NCBI GenBank assembly: GCA_963695095.1
Contig: CAVOFT010000001.1
Location: forward strand, 3,546,529 to 3,610,528
DNA length: 64,000 nt
Source of the DNA: an uncultured bacterium
GTDB lineage: Bacteria > Krumholzibacteriota > Krumholzibacteriia > JACNKJ01
Direction of reading: 5' to 3'
Shown: positions 43,940 to 54,059 of the stretch, piece after piece
Position numbering within the stretch: position 1 is the stretch's first letter
How the letters are laid out: every line of letters begins with the position of its first letter
Program-made: the position numbers and the translations under genes
Notes under the pieces: model-generated
The model's database searches: none
Told to the model about the DNA's origin: nothing
Seen by the model: the letters and a program-made list of their open reading frames with translations, nothing else

Positions 43940-44536
43940 TTAGGCGCCGTGTTCGGAAGCCCAAGCGCCGGCCCAGGCCAGGGCGTTTTCGATGAGCAGG
44001 CCCCCGCTGGGCGTGAGGATGCTCTCCGGGTGGAACTGCACGCCCACGATGGGCAGCTCGCGGTGGGCCAGGCCCATGACGAGTTCGCCGCAGCGGGCCG
44101 TGATCTCGAGCACCTCGGGGATCTCCACCCCCACCAGGCTGTGGTAGCGGCCCACGGCCATGGGGCTCTCCAGGCCGGCGAAGAGGCCGCGCCCCTCGTG
44201 CGTGACCGGGCTGGCCTTGCCGTGCACCGGCAGCGGCGCCCGGTCCACGCGGCCGCCGAAGGCCTCGACGATGACCTGGTGGCCCAGGCAGACGCCGAAG
44301 ATCGGCAGCCGCCCGGCAAGCGCCCGCACCGCCTCGAGGCAGACGCCCGCCTTCGCCGGCGTCGAGGGACCCGGCGAGATCACGAGCAGGCCCGGCGCCT
44401 CGTCGGCAATCACGGCCTCCAGATCGGCCAGGCTCACGTTCGCGCGGTAGACGAGCACGCGCGCGCCGCGCTTGGCGAACTCGTCGACGAGGTTGTAGGT
44501 GAAGGAGTCGAAGTTGTCGATCATGAGGACGGTCAT
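43940..44536 (-). CDS. trpG: Anthranilate synthase component II
   Basis: [33 protein letters not shown]. Confidence 0.95.
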   Translation of the reverse strand: MTVLMIDNFDSFTYNLVDEFAKRGARVLVYRANVSLADLEAVIADEAPGLLVISPGPSTPAKAGVCLEAVRALAGRLPIFGVCLGHQVIVEAFGGRVDRAPLPVHGKASPVTHEGRGLFAGLESPMAVGRYHSLVGVEIPEVLEITARCGELVMGLAHRELPIVGVQFHPESILTPSGGLLIENALAWAGAWASEHGA

Positions 44537-46314
44537 CGCCGCGCCTCCTTGCCGCTCCGGCGCCGCCGCGCCGGCCGAGCGCCGGACTCGCCCCCGGGGG
44601 CGGGCTCCGGCAGGCCGGCCGCGAGGCCCAGGGCGGCCAGCGGCGCGCGGGCCTTGTGCCGGGTCTCGGCCGCCTCGCGCGCGGGCAGCGAGTCGTAGAC
44701 CACGCCGGCGCCGGCCCGCGCGATGGCGCGGCCTTCGCCCAGCAGCAGCGAGCGGATGACGATGGCCGTGTCGAACTCCCCGTCGAAGAGGTAGTAGCCC
44801 ACGGCGCCGCCGTAGAAGCCGCGCCGCGTGGGTTCGTAGCGGCGCAAGAGGCGCATCGCCTCCACCTTGGGGGCGCCGGTGAGCGTGCCCATGTTCATCG
44901 TCGCCAGGTAGGCGTGCAGGGGATCGAGCTCGGCGGCGAGGCGCGCCGCGCACGCGGCTGACCAGGTGCTGCACGTGGCTGTACTTCTCCACCACGAAGA
45001 GCGCCTCGGCGAGGCGGCTGCCGGGCTCGCTGACGCGGGCGACGTCGTTGCGCGCGAGGTCCACCAGCATGACGTGCTCGGCCAGCTCCTTGGCGTCCAG
45101 CTTCAGCTCGGACTCGTAGCGCGAGTCGAGGTCGGGGTCGATGGCGCCATCGCGCAGGCCGCGCGGCCGCGTGCCCGCGATGGGCCGGATGCCGAGGTCC
45201 CAGGCCGGCTCGGCGCCCGCGGCGGCGGCGCCCGCGGCGGCGGCGCCCGCGGCGCGGGTCCCGCCGCGCGGCTCACCTTGAGGGCCGTCTCCGGGCTGGC
45301 GCCGAGCAGGGTGAGCTCGCCCAGGCGCAGGAAGAACATGTAGGGGCTGGGATTCAGCGCCCGCAGGCGGCGATAGACCGCCAGCGGCTCCTCGGCCAGC
45401 GGCGCGCTGAAGCTGCGGCTGGGCACGATCTGGAAGACGTCCCCGGCGGCGATGTGCTCCTGGCAGCGCGCGACGACGGCGGCATAGGCCGCCTCGTCGA
45501 GGTCGGTCTCCACGGCGGCGGGGTCGAGCGCGGGCGCCGACGGCAGGGCGGGCAGGGCCGGCGCGCTCGCCGCGGCCTCCTCGCAGCGGCGCATGAACTC
45601 CTGGGCGAGGTGGTAGTCCTCGCTCTCGCGCAGCGTCTCGCCTTCGCGGAGAAAGACCGTGGCGATGATGCGCGTCCTGTCCTGCGCGTGGTCGACGGCG
45701 AACAGGTGATCGGCCAGCACGAAGCTGTAGTCGGGCACGGGCAGGGGGTCTGCCTGCGCCTTCGCGCGCGGCGCGGCCAGGGTCTCGAAGCACTCGACGA
45801 AGTCGTAGGCGAAGGCGCCGATGAGGCCGCCGGGCGGAAAGCCGGCGGCAAGGCCCGCCTCCAGGGGGAAAGCGCCCTGGAGGAGGCGCAGCAGGTCCAT
45901 GGGCCCGGGCGCGTCGAGGCGCTCATGCTCCTCCGCATCGAGGGCGGCCGCGCGCACGAGCAGCCGGCCGGCCAGGACCACCGGGCCGGCCTCGCCGTCG
46001 TAGACGGTCTCGAGGCCGAAGAAGTCGTTGGGGTCTTCCAGCGCCGGGCGCAGGGCGGCGAGCACGCGCTCGCCGCGGGGCGCCAGGGCTTCGAGCGCCC
46101 AGTCCAGGCCGCGGCCGCTCAGGCGCAGCGCCGGGCTCGCGCAGCCCAGGCTGCGAATGGCGTTTTCGCCGTGCAGGTCCGCGCTCTCGAGCAGGCAGGC
46201 CGCGGGCGCCGTGCCGTTCTCGCTGAGGGCCGCGAAGAGGCGCAGGGGATCGACGGCGCCGGGCAGGACCTTGACCAGCGGATGCGCGCGGCCGGCCCGG
46301 AAGCCGCCGTTCAT
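44533..46314 (-). CDS. trpE: Anthranilate synthase component I (apparent frameshifts near 45260 and 44950)
   Basis: [59 protein letters not shown] across three frames. Confidence 0.92.
45211..45253. repeat. 15-bp tandem repeat inside trpE
   Basis: CGGCGCCCGCGGCGG x about 2.9, encoding AAGAA repeats. Confidence 0.85.
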
Positions 46315-47327
46315 GCCAGGGACCGCCCCTCCAGCGCCGCCACGCGGGCCACCTGCTCCATCAGCTTGGCGAACTGGTCGGGGAAGAGGGACTGCTGGCC
46401 GTCGCTGAGCGCGCGATCGGGGTGGGGATGCACCTCGATGATGAGGCCGTCGGCGCCGGCCGCCGTGGCGGCCTTGGCCATGGGCAGCACCATGTCGCGC
46501 ACGCCCGTGCCGTGGCTGGGATCGACGATCACCGGCAAGTGCGTGCGCTCTTTCAGGTAGGGCACGGCGTTCAGGTCCAGCGTGTTGCGCGTTCCAGTTT
46601 CAAAGGTGCGGATGCCGCGCTCGCAGAGCACCACGTCGGGGTTGCCCTCGTTGAGGATGTACTCGGCGCTCATCAGCAGGTCGTTGTAGGTGGCGCTCAT
46701 GCCGCGCTTGAGCAGCACGGGCTTGCCCGCGCGGCCCAGCTCCTTGAGCAGGCGGAAGTTCTGCATGTTGCGCGCGCCCACCTGGAACATGTCGGCGTGG
46801 TCGGCCACCTGGGGAATGTCGTGCACGTCGGTGATCTCGGTGACCACGGGCAGGCCGGTGGCCTTGCTGGCGGCCGCGAGGTACTTGAGGCCCTCGCCTT
46901 CGAGGCCCTGGAAGCTGTAGGGGCTGCTGCGCGGCTTGTAGGCGCCCCCGCGCAGGATGTGCGCGCCGGCGGTCTTGACCAGGCGGGCCGCCTCGAGAAT
47001 CTGCTCCTCGCTCTCGACGGCGCAGGGGCCGGCGATCACGGTGAAGTGGCCGGGGCCGATGGCGACGCCCCCCACCTTGACGACCGAGTCGTGGGTCTGC
47101 AGCTCGCGGCTGGCCCGCTTGTAGGGGCTGAGGATGGGCAGCACGCGGTCGACGAAGGGGTGGGCTTCGAGGCTGAGCGTGGCGAGCACGCGCTCGTCGC
47201 CCAGGGCGCCCAGCACCGTGCGCTCGCTGCCGGGCATGTAGAGGGGCTTGAGGCCATGCTCGGTGATGATCGCCATGAGCGCGTCCGCCTGCTGCTTGGT
47301 GGCGGACTTCTTGAGGATGATGATCAT
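46311..47327 (-). CDS. aroF: DAHP synthase (type I-beta, N-terminal regulatory domain)
   Basis: [48 protein letters not shown]. Confidence 0.95.
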   Translation of the reverse strand: MIIILKKSATKQQADALMAIITEHGLKPLYMPGSERTVLGALGDERVLATLSLEAHPFVDRVLPILSPYKRASRELQTHDSVVKVGGVAIGPGHFTVIAGPCAVESEEQILEAARLVKTAGAHILRGGAYKPRSSPYSFQGLEGEGLKYLAAASKATGLPVVTEITDVHDIPQVADHADMFQVGARNMQNFRLLKELGRAGKPVLLKRGMSATYNDLLMSAEYILNEGNPDVVLCERGIRTFETGTRNTLDLNAVPYLKERTHLPVIVDPSHGTGVRDMVLPMAKAATAAGADGLIIEVHPHPDRALSDGQQSLFPDQFAKLMEQVARVAALEGRSLA

Positions 47328-47395
47328 CGCAACCCCTGGGAGCGCCGCGGGCGGCTGGTCGAGAAGCCCGGCGGGCTAGCCGCACGGGAGGCAAC

Positions 47396-47424
47396 ACTTT
47401 AGGCGGGCGGGCGGGCGGCGTCAA
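47396..47424 (-). promoter_or_regulatory. Sigma70-type promoter of aroF-trpEG
   Basis: TTGACG-N17-TAAAGT; spacer is (CCGC)4C. Confidence 0.7.
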
Positions 47425-47532
47425 TGCCGGGGCGGGCGGCCGCATGGTGGCGCTTGGACCATGGCCGCGGTCACGGCACCCGCGGCAGGGACTCTCGGGC
47501 GCAGGCACTCGTTACGCTTGGCCATCAGTGTC

Positions 47533-47561
47533 TTGCAGTCCGGACCCCACTGGCGCATAAT
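47533..47561 (+). promoter_or_regulatory. Sigma70-type promoter facing the cassette-like genes
   Basis: TTGCAG-N17-CATAAT. Confidence 0.55.
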
Positions 47562-47704
47562 CCGCGACGTCACGCATAGGAAATCTCGGTCACGGGCTTG
47601 GCGTGGCGCGAAAAGCTGGTTGGCGCTATCCGGCTACCTGTCGCCAGGATATCGGACTATCCAGACCGGCCCACTTAGCGGATGGCGTCTCCAGGGGAGC
47701 GTAC

Positions 47705-47989
47705 ATGATTATTGTTTCTGGGCGCATCTATGTCCGGGTTGGCACCAGAGACAAGTTCCTGGTGCTATCGGCAGGGGCCATTGTACTGGCTCGCCGCACC
47801 GCCGGCTGCCACGACTTTGTAGTCGCGGCCGATCCTCTCGAATCTGATCGCGTGAATGTCTATGAAGAGTGGGAGTCGAAAGAGGCACTCAACAAGTTTC
47901 GCGGGGAGGGTCCGGGGGAAGACCTCTCGGCCTACATCGTCAAGGCTCAGGTCGGGGAGCACACTGTGCAGTCAAGCAAGAAACCGTGA
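47705..47989 (+). CDS. Antibiotic biosynthesis monooxygenase (ABM) family protein
   Basis: MIIVSGRI...GCHDF..AAD...VYEEWES; lower GC than flanks. Confidence 0.8.
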   Translation: MIIVSGRIYVRVGTRDKFLVLSAGAIVLARRTAGCHDFVVAADPLESDRVNVYEEWESKEALNKFRGEGPGEDLSAYIVKAQVGEHTVQSSKKP

Positions 47990-47996
47990 ATGAGCC

Positions 47997-48089
47997 GCCC
48001 AACAACGCATTCTAGCGGACGCCCCTCGCTTTACTTGGGGTGCACTCGTTCGCTCAGCCTATTCGGCGCTGCAACCACGGGCGTTAGCA
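47997..48089 (+). mobile_element. Degenerate integron attC-like site
   Basis: GCCCAAC (RYYYAAC) 8 nt after the ABM stop; GCGGACGCC/GGCGCTGC arms; ends GTTAGCA; 93 bp. Confidence 0.5.
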
Positions 48090-48105
48090 GCTTGAAGGGT
48101 GGCCT

Positions 48106-48306
48106 GTGCGCATCCTCGCAGGCTTGCTTCTTTCTGGAGTCGTGTCGGCCTGCACTGCTTCGCTACCGATGCAATCGGCGCCTCCTTTGCCGTCGATCCC
48201 GTTTCTGATGGCCGCCCTGGACTCCACCGTTCGGATCGAGACGTTCATTCTCGATTACGGCCCCGCCCGGTGGCGCTATGCTCAGCGCATGGGGGTCCTG
48301 GGATGA
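48106..48306 (+). CDS. Short putative lipoprotein, possibly a truncated cassette gene
   Basis: MRILAGLLLSGVVSAC lipobox-like start directly after the attC-like site. Confidence 0.35.
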   Translation: MRILAGLLLSGVVSACTASLPMQSAPPLPSIPFLMAALDSTVRIETFILDYGPARWRYAQRMGVLG

Positions 48307-49541
48307 AGATTCTGCCCGCACTGGCGATGCTCGCGCTCCTGTCCCTGCCGGCCACGGCGGCGAAGGTTGAGCTGCAGGTGATCCAATGCCCCGGCGAGCC
48401 GCCTGTCGTGCGGCGCTTGCAGCTCCAGGAGCGCTGGCGAATCGACAGCGAGGGTCCCGATGCCCCCCTGCTCGGGTTCTTCGTTGAAGGTGAGGTGGTC
48501 GTTCACGGCGGGCGCGTGTATCTGCTCGATCATCAGCTGTGCCAGATACACGTGTACAGCGACGAGGGCGAGTTCCTGACGAGCTTCCTGCGCGAGGGCG
48601 AGGGTCCCGGCGAGGTGCGGAACCCGGGCGCCATGTTCCTGCGCGCTGACGGGAGCCTCGCCATCCGGTATGGCAACCCAACGACGTTGGAGTTCGTCAC
48701 CCTCGACGGCAGGCCGCTGGGGCGCTGGCGGCTTCAGACCCTTGCCAGGATGTACCAGATCCGGGAGACGCCGCGCGGGTGGTTCGGGGTCTTCTCCGAA
48801 TTGCATGAGGGCGAGGACCCTGGCCACTACATCGACGAACTCCACGTCGCTATTCACGACAGCAGCGGCGCGCGCGTGGCCGAGTTCCACCGCGAGGAGG
48901 GGCGCCTGGAGTTTCCACGGACGAAGTTCGACGAAGCCAAGGAGTACCAGCCCTGGTACACCGCGGCCGCCATTAGCGGCCGCGAAGTCGTGCTCGCCCC
49001 GCTGCGCGATGGGTACCGGATCGAATGGCGGAATCTCCAGGGCGAGACCACACGTGTCGTGACACGCGAGTACGCGGCCCACCGACGCACCCGGGAGGAG
49101 CTCGAGGTACTCAAGTACAGCACCTACAGCGGCAGTGCGAACGGAGGGATCCGCTTCCCCGAGCAGAAGCTCTGCGACCACGACCCGGTGATCGAGAAGC
49201 TTGAACCGCTGCCGGACGGCAGCCTCCGCGTGCGCACCTCTCGCTTCGAGAAGGACCTGCCGTCCGGCATGGTCTGCCGCTTCGAGCTGCATGAACCGAC
49301 CGGCGAGCTGCGCGAGCGCGTGGAGATCTACGATCCCTCGGGCGACTACGACGTGGACTACGACATGATCGCCCTGCTGGACGACGGCCGCGCGATGGTC
49401 CTTCGCAATCTGCGCCCCGCGCGGGACGTATGGAGAAACGCCCGCATCCACCCCAAGCTCCGGGAGAAGCTGCCGCCGCCGCCGGATGAGCGCGAGGACA
49501 TCGCCTTCACGCCCATCATGTGCGATCTGGTGCCGCAGTAG
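48303..49541 (+). CDS. Secreted 6-bladed beta-propeller (NHL-like) protein
   Basis: Signal peptide; VYLLD...IHVYS..G, REGEGPGEV. Confidence 0.7.
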   Translation: MKILPALAMLALLSLPATAAKVELQVIQCPGEPPVVRRLQLQERWRIDSEGPDAPLLGFFVEGEVVVHGGRVYLLDHQLCQIHVYSDEGEFLTSFLREGEGPGEVRNPGAMFLRADGSLAIRYGNPTTLEFVTLDGRPLGRWRLQTLARMYQIRETPRGWFGVFSELHEGEDPGHYIDELHVAIHDSSGARVAEFHREEGRLEFPRTKFDEAKEYQPWYTAAAISGREVVLAPLRDGYRIEWRNLQGETTRVVTREYAAHRRTREELEVLKYSTYSGSANGGIRFPEQKLCDHDPVIEKLEPLPDGSLRVRTSRFEKDLPSGMVCRFELHEPTGELRERVEIYDPSGDYDVDYDMIALLDDGRAMVLRNLRPARDVWRNARIHPKLREKLPPPPDEREDIAFTPIMCDLVPQ

Positions 49542-49619
49542 CTCGCGCCGATCGCCGCCGCTTGCCTTCCGCCGGGATTCTCCCTATCCTCGGTCGCCAA
49601 TCCCTGCCAAGGAGGGGGC

Positions 49620-50084
49620 ATGGCGGCCAAGCCGAAGCTGCGCGACCCCGCCGACAAGGCCACGCCGGCGGCATCCGCCTCCCGCCTCATCGACGAGCGG
49701 ATCCGCGCTCTCGGCGACTGGCGCGGCGAAACCCTGGCCCGCATGCGCGCCTTGGTCCTGGGCGCCAATCCCGCGATGCTCGAGGAGGTCAAGTGGGTGA
49801 AGCCCACGAACCCCTGGGGCGTGGCGGTGTGGTCGCGCGGCGGGATCGTCTGCACCGGGGAGGTCTACGCGAAGGTCGTGAAGCTCACCTTCGCCAAGGG
49901 GGCGGCGCTCCCGGACTCGGCAGGCCTGTTCAATGCCAGCCTGGAGGGCGGCACGCGCCGGGCGATCGACATCCGCGAGGGGGAGACGGTCGACGCGCGC
50001 GCCTTCAAGGCGCTCGTGAAGGCCGCGGTGGCTCACAACGCCGCCTCGGCGCGCTCGACGAGGCGCAACTCGCCAAGTGGATGA
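49620..50084 (+). CDS. DUF1801 (YdhG-like) protein
   Basis: LGDWRGETL, EEVKW, VKLTFAKGA, FNASLEG.TRRAID. Confidence 0.85.
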   Translation: MAAKPKLRDPADKATPAASASRLIDERIRALGDWRGETLARMRALVLGANPAMLEEVKWVKPTNPWGVAVWSRGGIVCTGEVYAKVVKLTFAKGAALPDSAGLFNASLEGGTRRAIDIREGETVDARAFKALVKAAVAHNAASARSTRRNSPSG

Positions 50085-50148
50085 AGAAAGCCGCGCGGCT
50101 GCCCGGCTTCCTCGCGCCCTGAAGCGCTGCTCTATCGAGGTTCGTTCA

Positions 50149-50881
50149 ATGCCGATGCAACAGACGGTTCTTCTCCTCGGCGCCAGCGGCCGCACCGGTC
50201 GGCTGGTCATGGCGGAGCTTCTGGGCCGTGGCATGCGCGTGCGTGCCATCGTGCGTGCCCCCGCGAAGATCCCACCGGAGTCCGCAGCGAACCCCAATCT
50301 GGAGCTGGTCGAAGCCGAGCTCCTGTCGCTCAGCGATGCGGAGCTTCCAGCGCCACCTGCGCGGCTGCGATGCGGCCATCTCCTGCCTCGGTCACGTGCT
50401 CAGCTTCAAGGGCGTCTTCGGGCCGCCGCGCGACCTCGTCACGCGGGCCACGGCGAGGCTGTGCCGAGCCATCGCCGCGCTCGAGCCCGCGAGGCCGGTC
50501 AAGTTCATCCTCATGAGCAGCGTCTCGGTCCATCGCCCGGGGGGCCTCGACACCCGCCGCGGGGCTCTCGAGCGCGGATTCATGTGGATGCTCCGCGGCG
50601 CGATTCCGCCGGCCGGGGACAACCAGCGCGCCGCGAACTTCCTCCACGAGGAGATCGGGGCGGACAACCCCTTCGTGCAGTGGGTGGTGGTCCGCCCCGA
50701 CTCGCTCCTCGCCGGCGACGTTTCGGCGTACGCACTGCACGAGGGCCTCGTGAGCAGCCTCTTCGCGCCGGACCGCACGAACATGGCCAATGTTGCCCAC
50801 TTCATGGGCGAGCTGGTCGCGGACCCGCAAGCCTGGGCCGCCTGGAAGGGCAAGCTGCCCGTGATCGTCAACGTCGACTAG
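50149..50881 (+). CDS. NAD(P)H-binding atypical SDR protein (apparent frameshift near 50345)
   Basis: LLGASGRTG in one frame; CDAAISCLGH and WVVVRPDSL in the next. Confidence 0.75.
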
Positions 50882-50901
50882 CCGAGCTGGAGGTAATCGC
50901 C

Positions 50902-51477
50902 ATGGCAACCGTGCGTGAAGGCAACAAGGGAGTGCTGCTGGTCGTCGACGTGCAGGTCGGCGTGATGCGCGAGGCCTGGGACGCTCCCCGGATCATCGGC
51001 AACGTGGCGCGCGCCGTCGAGCGGGCCCGCGCCCAGGGCGTGCCCGTCATCTGGGTGCAGCACGCCAGCGAGGAGCTGGCCCAGGGCAGCCCGGAGTGGC
51101 AGTGGGTGCCGGAGCTGGCGCCTCGAGAGGGCGAGCTGCTGATCCCCAAGCACTTCAACTCCGCCTTCGAGCAGACGGCGCTCGAGGCGCAGCTCGCCAA
51201 GCTCGGCGCCACCCACCTCGCCCTGGCGGGCGCCGAGACCAACTGGTGCATTCGCGCCACGGCCTACGGCGCCCTGGAGCGCGGCTACGACCTGACGCTG
51301 ATCAAGGACGCCCATTCCACCGCGACCATCGAGCTCGAGGGCGGCGCGAGGATCGAGGCCGCCCAGGTCATCCAGGAACTCAACATCGTGATGACCTGGC
51401 TGGACTATCCCGGCCGCAAGAACGCCACCGCCACGGCCGAGCAGGTCGACTTCGCCGCCCCCGGGGGCGGGGGCTAG
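50902..51477 (+). CDS. Isochorismatase/cysteine hydrolase family protein
   Basis: LLVVDVQ, K..NSAF, GAETNWCIRAT, DAHST. Confidence 0.88.
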   Translation: MATVREGNKGVLLVVDVQVGVMREAWDAPRIIGNVARAVERARAQGVPVIWVQHASEELAQGSPEWQWVPELAPREGELLIPKHFNSAFEQTALEAQLAKLGATHLALAGAETNWCIRATAYGALERGYDLTLIKDAHSTATIELEGGARIEAAQVIQELNIVMTWLDYPGRKNATATAEQVDFAAPGGGG

Positions 51478-51523
51478 GCAGATACCTCAGCAACTCACCC
51501 GTTCAGCCCCCCCCTCCAGCTGC

Positions 51524-51552
51524 TTGCCACCCGGCTCGGTCTGGTGCATGAT
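51524..51552 (+). promoter_or_regulatory. Sigma70-type promoter of the TA pair
   Basis: TTGCCA-N17-CATGAT. Confidence 0.5.
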
Positions 51553-51611
51553 TCACGCATGAACCCGAGCGCAGAAGCTGCGGGCAAGCCCCAATCACTG
51601 GCGGGATAGAG

Positions 51612-51920
51612 ATGGTCGCGATCATCGAGGAGAGTCGGGAAGCGCTCGCTGCTTTGTGCCGCAAGTATGGAGTCGCCAGCTTGTATGTGTTCGGCTCGGC
51701 ACTACGCGACGATTTTCGCCCTGGAGAAAGCGACATCGACCTCCTCGTGGACTTCGGCAAGATGGATGGACACGCCAAGGCACACGCGTATTTTGACCTG
51801 CTGGACGAGCTCCAGAACTTGCTCGGCACTCGAGTTGACCTCGTAATGGTAGGCGCACTCAAGAACCGCTACATCGCTCGCGAGGTCGAGTCCACCAGGC
51901 GGATCGTGTATGCAGCATAA
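51612..51920 (+). CDS. MNT nucleotidyltransferase antitoxin (MntA-like)
   Basis: FGSALRDDFRPGESDIDLLVDF (GS...DxD). Confidence 0.88.
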   Translation: MVAIIEESREALAALCRKYGVASLYVFGSALRDDFRPGESDIDLLVDFGKMDGHAKAHAYFDLLDELQNLLGTRVDLVMVGALKNRYIAREVESTRRIVYAA

Positions 51921-52263
51921 TCCGGCCGCCTACTTGGCCGATGTCATCGAGGCGTGTGCCGCGATCGAGGATCTGCTTCGCAGTGTGAGCTATACCGACT
52001 ACCTGAAGACGCGGGCCGTCCGCTCGGCTGTCGAGCGTGAGTTCATCATCATCGGGGAAGCTGTCAAGAGCCTCGGCCGGGTCGCACCCGAGCTCTTCGC
52101 CGCCATCCCCGAGTCCCGCCGAATCATCGGATTCCGGAATGTGCTGACCCACGACTATGCCGGCGTGGACGACGAATCGGTCTTTGGGTCGGCGCGGAAG
52201 GACATCCCCGAGCTGAAGCGCATCTGCATCGCCCTGCTCGAGAAGGTCGATGGCATGAGCTAG
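51910..52263 (+). CDS. HEPN (DUF86) RNase toxin (HepT-like)
   Basis: AVER..IIGEA and RNVLTHDY (Rx4H-x-Y); overlaps the MNT gene. Confidence 0.88.
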   Translation: MQHNPAAYLADVIEACAAIEDLLRSVSYTDYLKTRAVRSAVEREFIIIGEAVKSLGRVAPELFAAIPESRRIIGFRNVLTHDYAGVDDESVFGSARKDIPELKRICIALLEKVDGMS

Positions 52264-52286
52264 CGCGGAGTCCCCGGGGGCGGGGG

Positions 52287-53987
52287 CTAGTCCAGCCGCG
52301 CCACCAGCACGGTGAGGTCGTCGTCCGGCGCCAGCGGCGCGCAGAAGTCCCGCGCGGCGGCCATCATGCCGGCCACGATGGCCTCCGGGCTCTCGCCGGC
52401 GAGTCGCCGCAGCAGCGCCTCGATGCGCTCCTCGCCGAACATGTCGTCGCCCTGGCTGGCTCCGGCCTCGCTGAGGCCGTCGCTGTAGATGAGCAGGGTG
52501 TCGCCGGGCGCCAGGCGGGCCACGCCGCTCTCGAAGCCGAGCCGCGGGAAGGCGCCCAGCATGGGCCCGCCGGCCTTGAGGGTCTCCAGCGCACCGTCGG
52601 CGTGCAGCAGCAACGGGTGGTTGTGCCCCGCGTTCACGTAGAGCAGCTCGCCGGTCTCGGGGTCCAGGCAGCCGAGGAAGAGCGTGACGAAGCGCCGCCC
52701 TCGCGTGCTGCGGTGCATGGCCACGTTGATCTGGGTGGCCATGGCGGTCAGCTCCATGCCCGTCTCGCCGAGCGCGCGCAGCATGGCCTGCAATTGCGCC
52801 ATGAGCAGGGCGGCGGCCATGCCCTTGCCGGCCACGTCGCCCAGGGCGATCAGCGCGCGGCCGCCGTGGCAGGGAAAGGCGTCGTAGTAATCGCCGCCGA
52901 CGGAAAGGCACTGGTGGTTCTGCCCCACGGCCTTCAGGCGGCCGAGCAGCAGCGGCTCCTCGGGCAGGAGCTGGCGCTGGATCTGCGCGGCCCGCTCCAG
53001 CTCCTCCTCGAGCCGGCGCTGCTCGGCCAGGGCCCCCGCGGCGGCGCTCTCGCGCAGGCGCACGGCCGCCAGGTGCGCGAGCAGCGTGAGGATCTGCAGA
53101 TCTTCCTCGTTCAGGGGATGCAGCGGCGACAGGCGGTCGGCATAGATCAGGCCCGTCACGCGCTCGTCGTCCCAGAGCGGCGCGCAGAGCACCGAGTGGA
53201 CGCTCTCCAGCACCACGCTCTCCTGGCCCGAGAAGCGCTGATCGCTGAGGGCGTCGCCCACGAGCAGGGCATGCCGCTCGCTCAGGGCCCGACTCAGGAT
53301 GCTGCGGCTGACGCGCGGCGGGCGGGCAGCGGCCCGGGGCGCGCGGTACTCCGCGCGGAGCTGGAGCTGCTCGGGCGATAACGCCGGCGCCTCCTCGCCC
53401 TCGCCGGCGGGCGCGCTCTTGGCCGGCAGCAGCAGGTAGGCGCGGTCCGGCGCGAGGGCCGTCCCCACCAGCTCCACGATGCGCTCGGGCAGGGCCTCGT
53501 GCGGGCAGCTCGTGAGCAGGTCGTGGGCCGCCCGGTCCAGGCGCTGGAAGACGCTCGCCTTGCCGGGCGCCGCGGGCACGGCGGGATTGCTCAAGAAGTT
53601 CTTCGTGTCGAGGCTGCGCAGGGTCTGGCCCAGCTCCTCGCCGACCAGGGTGAGGCCGCCCGGGTCCTCGGCAGGGGCAGCGGCCCCTTGCAGGCAGAGC
53701 TCCACCTCGCCCACGCGCAGGCGATCGCCGGGCGCCAGCGCCGCCTCGCCCTCCAGCGGCAGGCCATTCAAGCTGCTGCCATTGCGGCTGCCCATATCGC
53801 GGGCCCGCCAGGCGCCCGCCTCCCAGCGCAGCTCCAGGTGATGGCGGGAGACCGAGGGATCGCCCAGCGGCAGCTCGTTGTCGAGGGCTCGCCCCAGGCG
53901 GTAGCTCCGCTCGGGGGCGAGGATCAGCTCCTCCTCGGCGCCCCCGGGCGGCGTGACGACGAGCCGGTAGTGCATCGCGGGTGCCAT
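52287..53987 (-). CDS. FHA-GAF-PP2C (SpoIIE/RsbU-type) phosphatase
   Basis: FHA GR...SVSRHH...SRNGS; GAF; VGGDYYD, GDVAGKG, NAGHN, YSDGLSE, DDLT. Confidence 0.9.
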   Translation of the reverse strand: MAPAMHYRLVVTPPGGAEEELILAPERSYRLGRALDNELPLGDPSVSRHHLELRWEAGAWRARDMGSRNGSSLNGLPLEGEAALAPGDRLRVGEVELCLQGAAAPAEDPGGLTLVGEELGQTLRSLDTKNFLSNPAVPAAPGKASVFQRLDRAAHDLLTSCPHEALPERIVELVGTALAPDRAYLLLPAKSAPAGEGEEAPALSPEQLQLRAEYRAPRAAARPPRVSRSILSRALSERHALLVGDALSDQRFSGQESVVLESVHSVLCAPLWDDERVTGLIYADRLSPLHPLNEEDLQILTLLAHLAAVRLRESAAAGALAEQRRLEEELERAAQIQRQLLPEEPLLLGRLKAVGQNHQCLSVGGDYYDAFPCHGGRALIALGDVAGKGMAAALLMAQLQAMLRALGETGMELTAMATQINVAMHRSTRGRRFVTLFLGCLDPETGELLYVNAGHNHPLLLHADGALETLKAGGPMLGAFPRLGFESGVARLAPGDTLLIYSDGLSEAGASQGDDMFGEERIEALLRRLAGESPEAIVAGMMAAARDFCAPLAPDDDLTVLVARLD

Positions 53988-54059
53988 GCCCGCAGCATAG
54001 CGGAAGCGCGGAAGCCATGCTAGACTGCCGCGACCGCGCTGACCCCCAGGGAGGATTCC

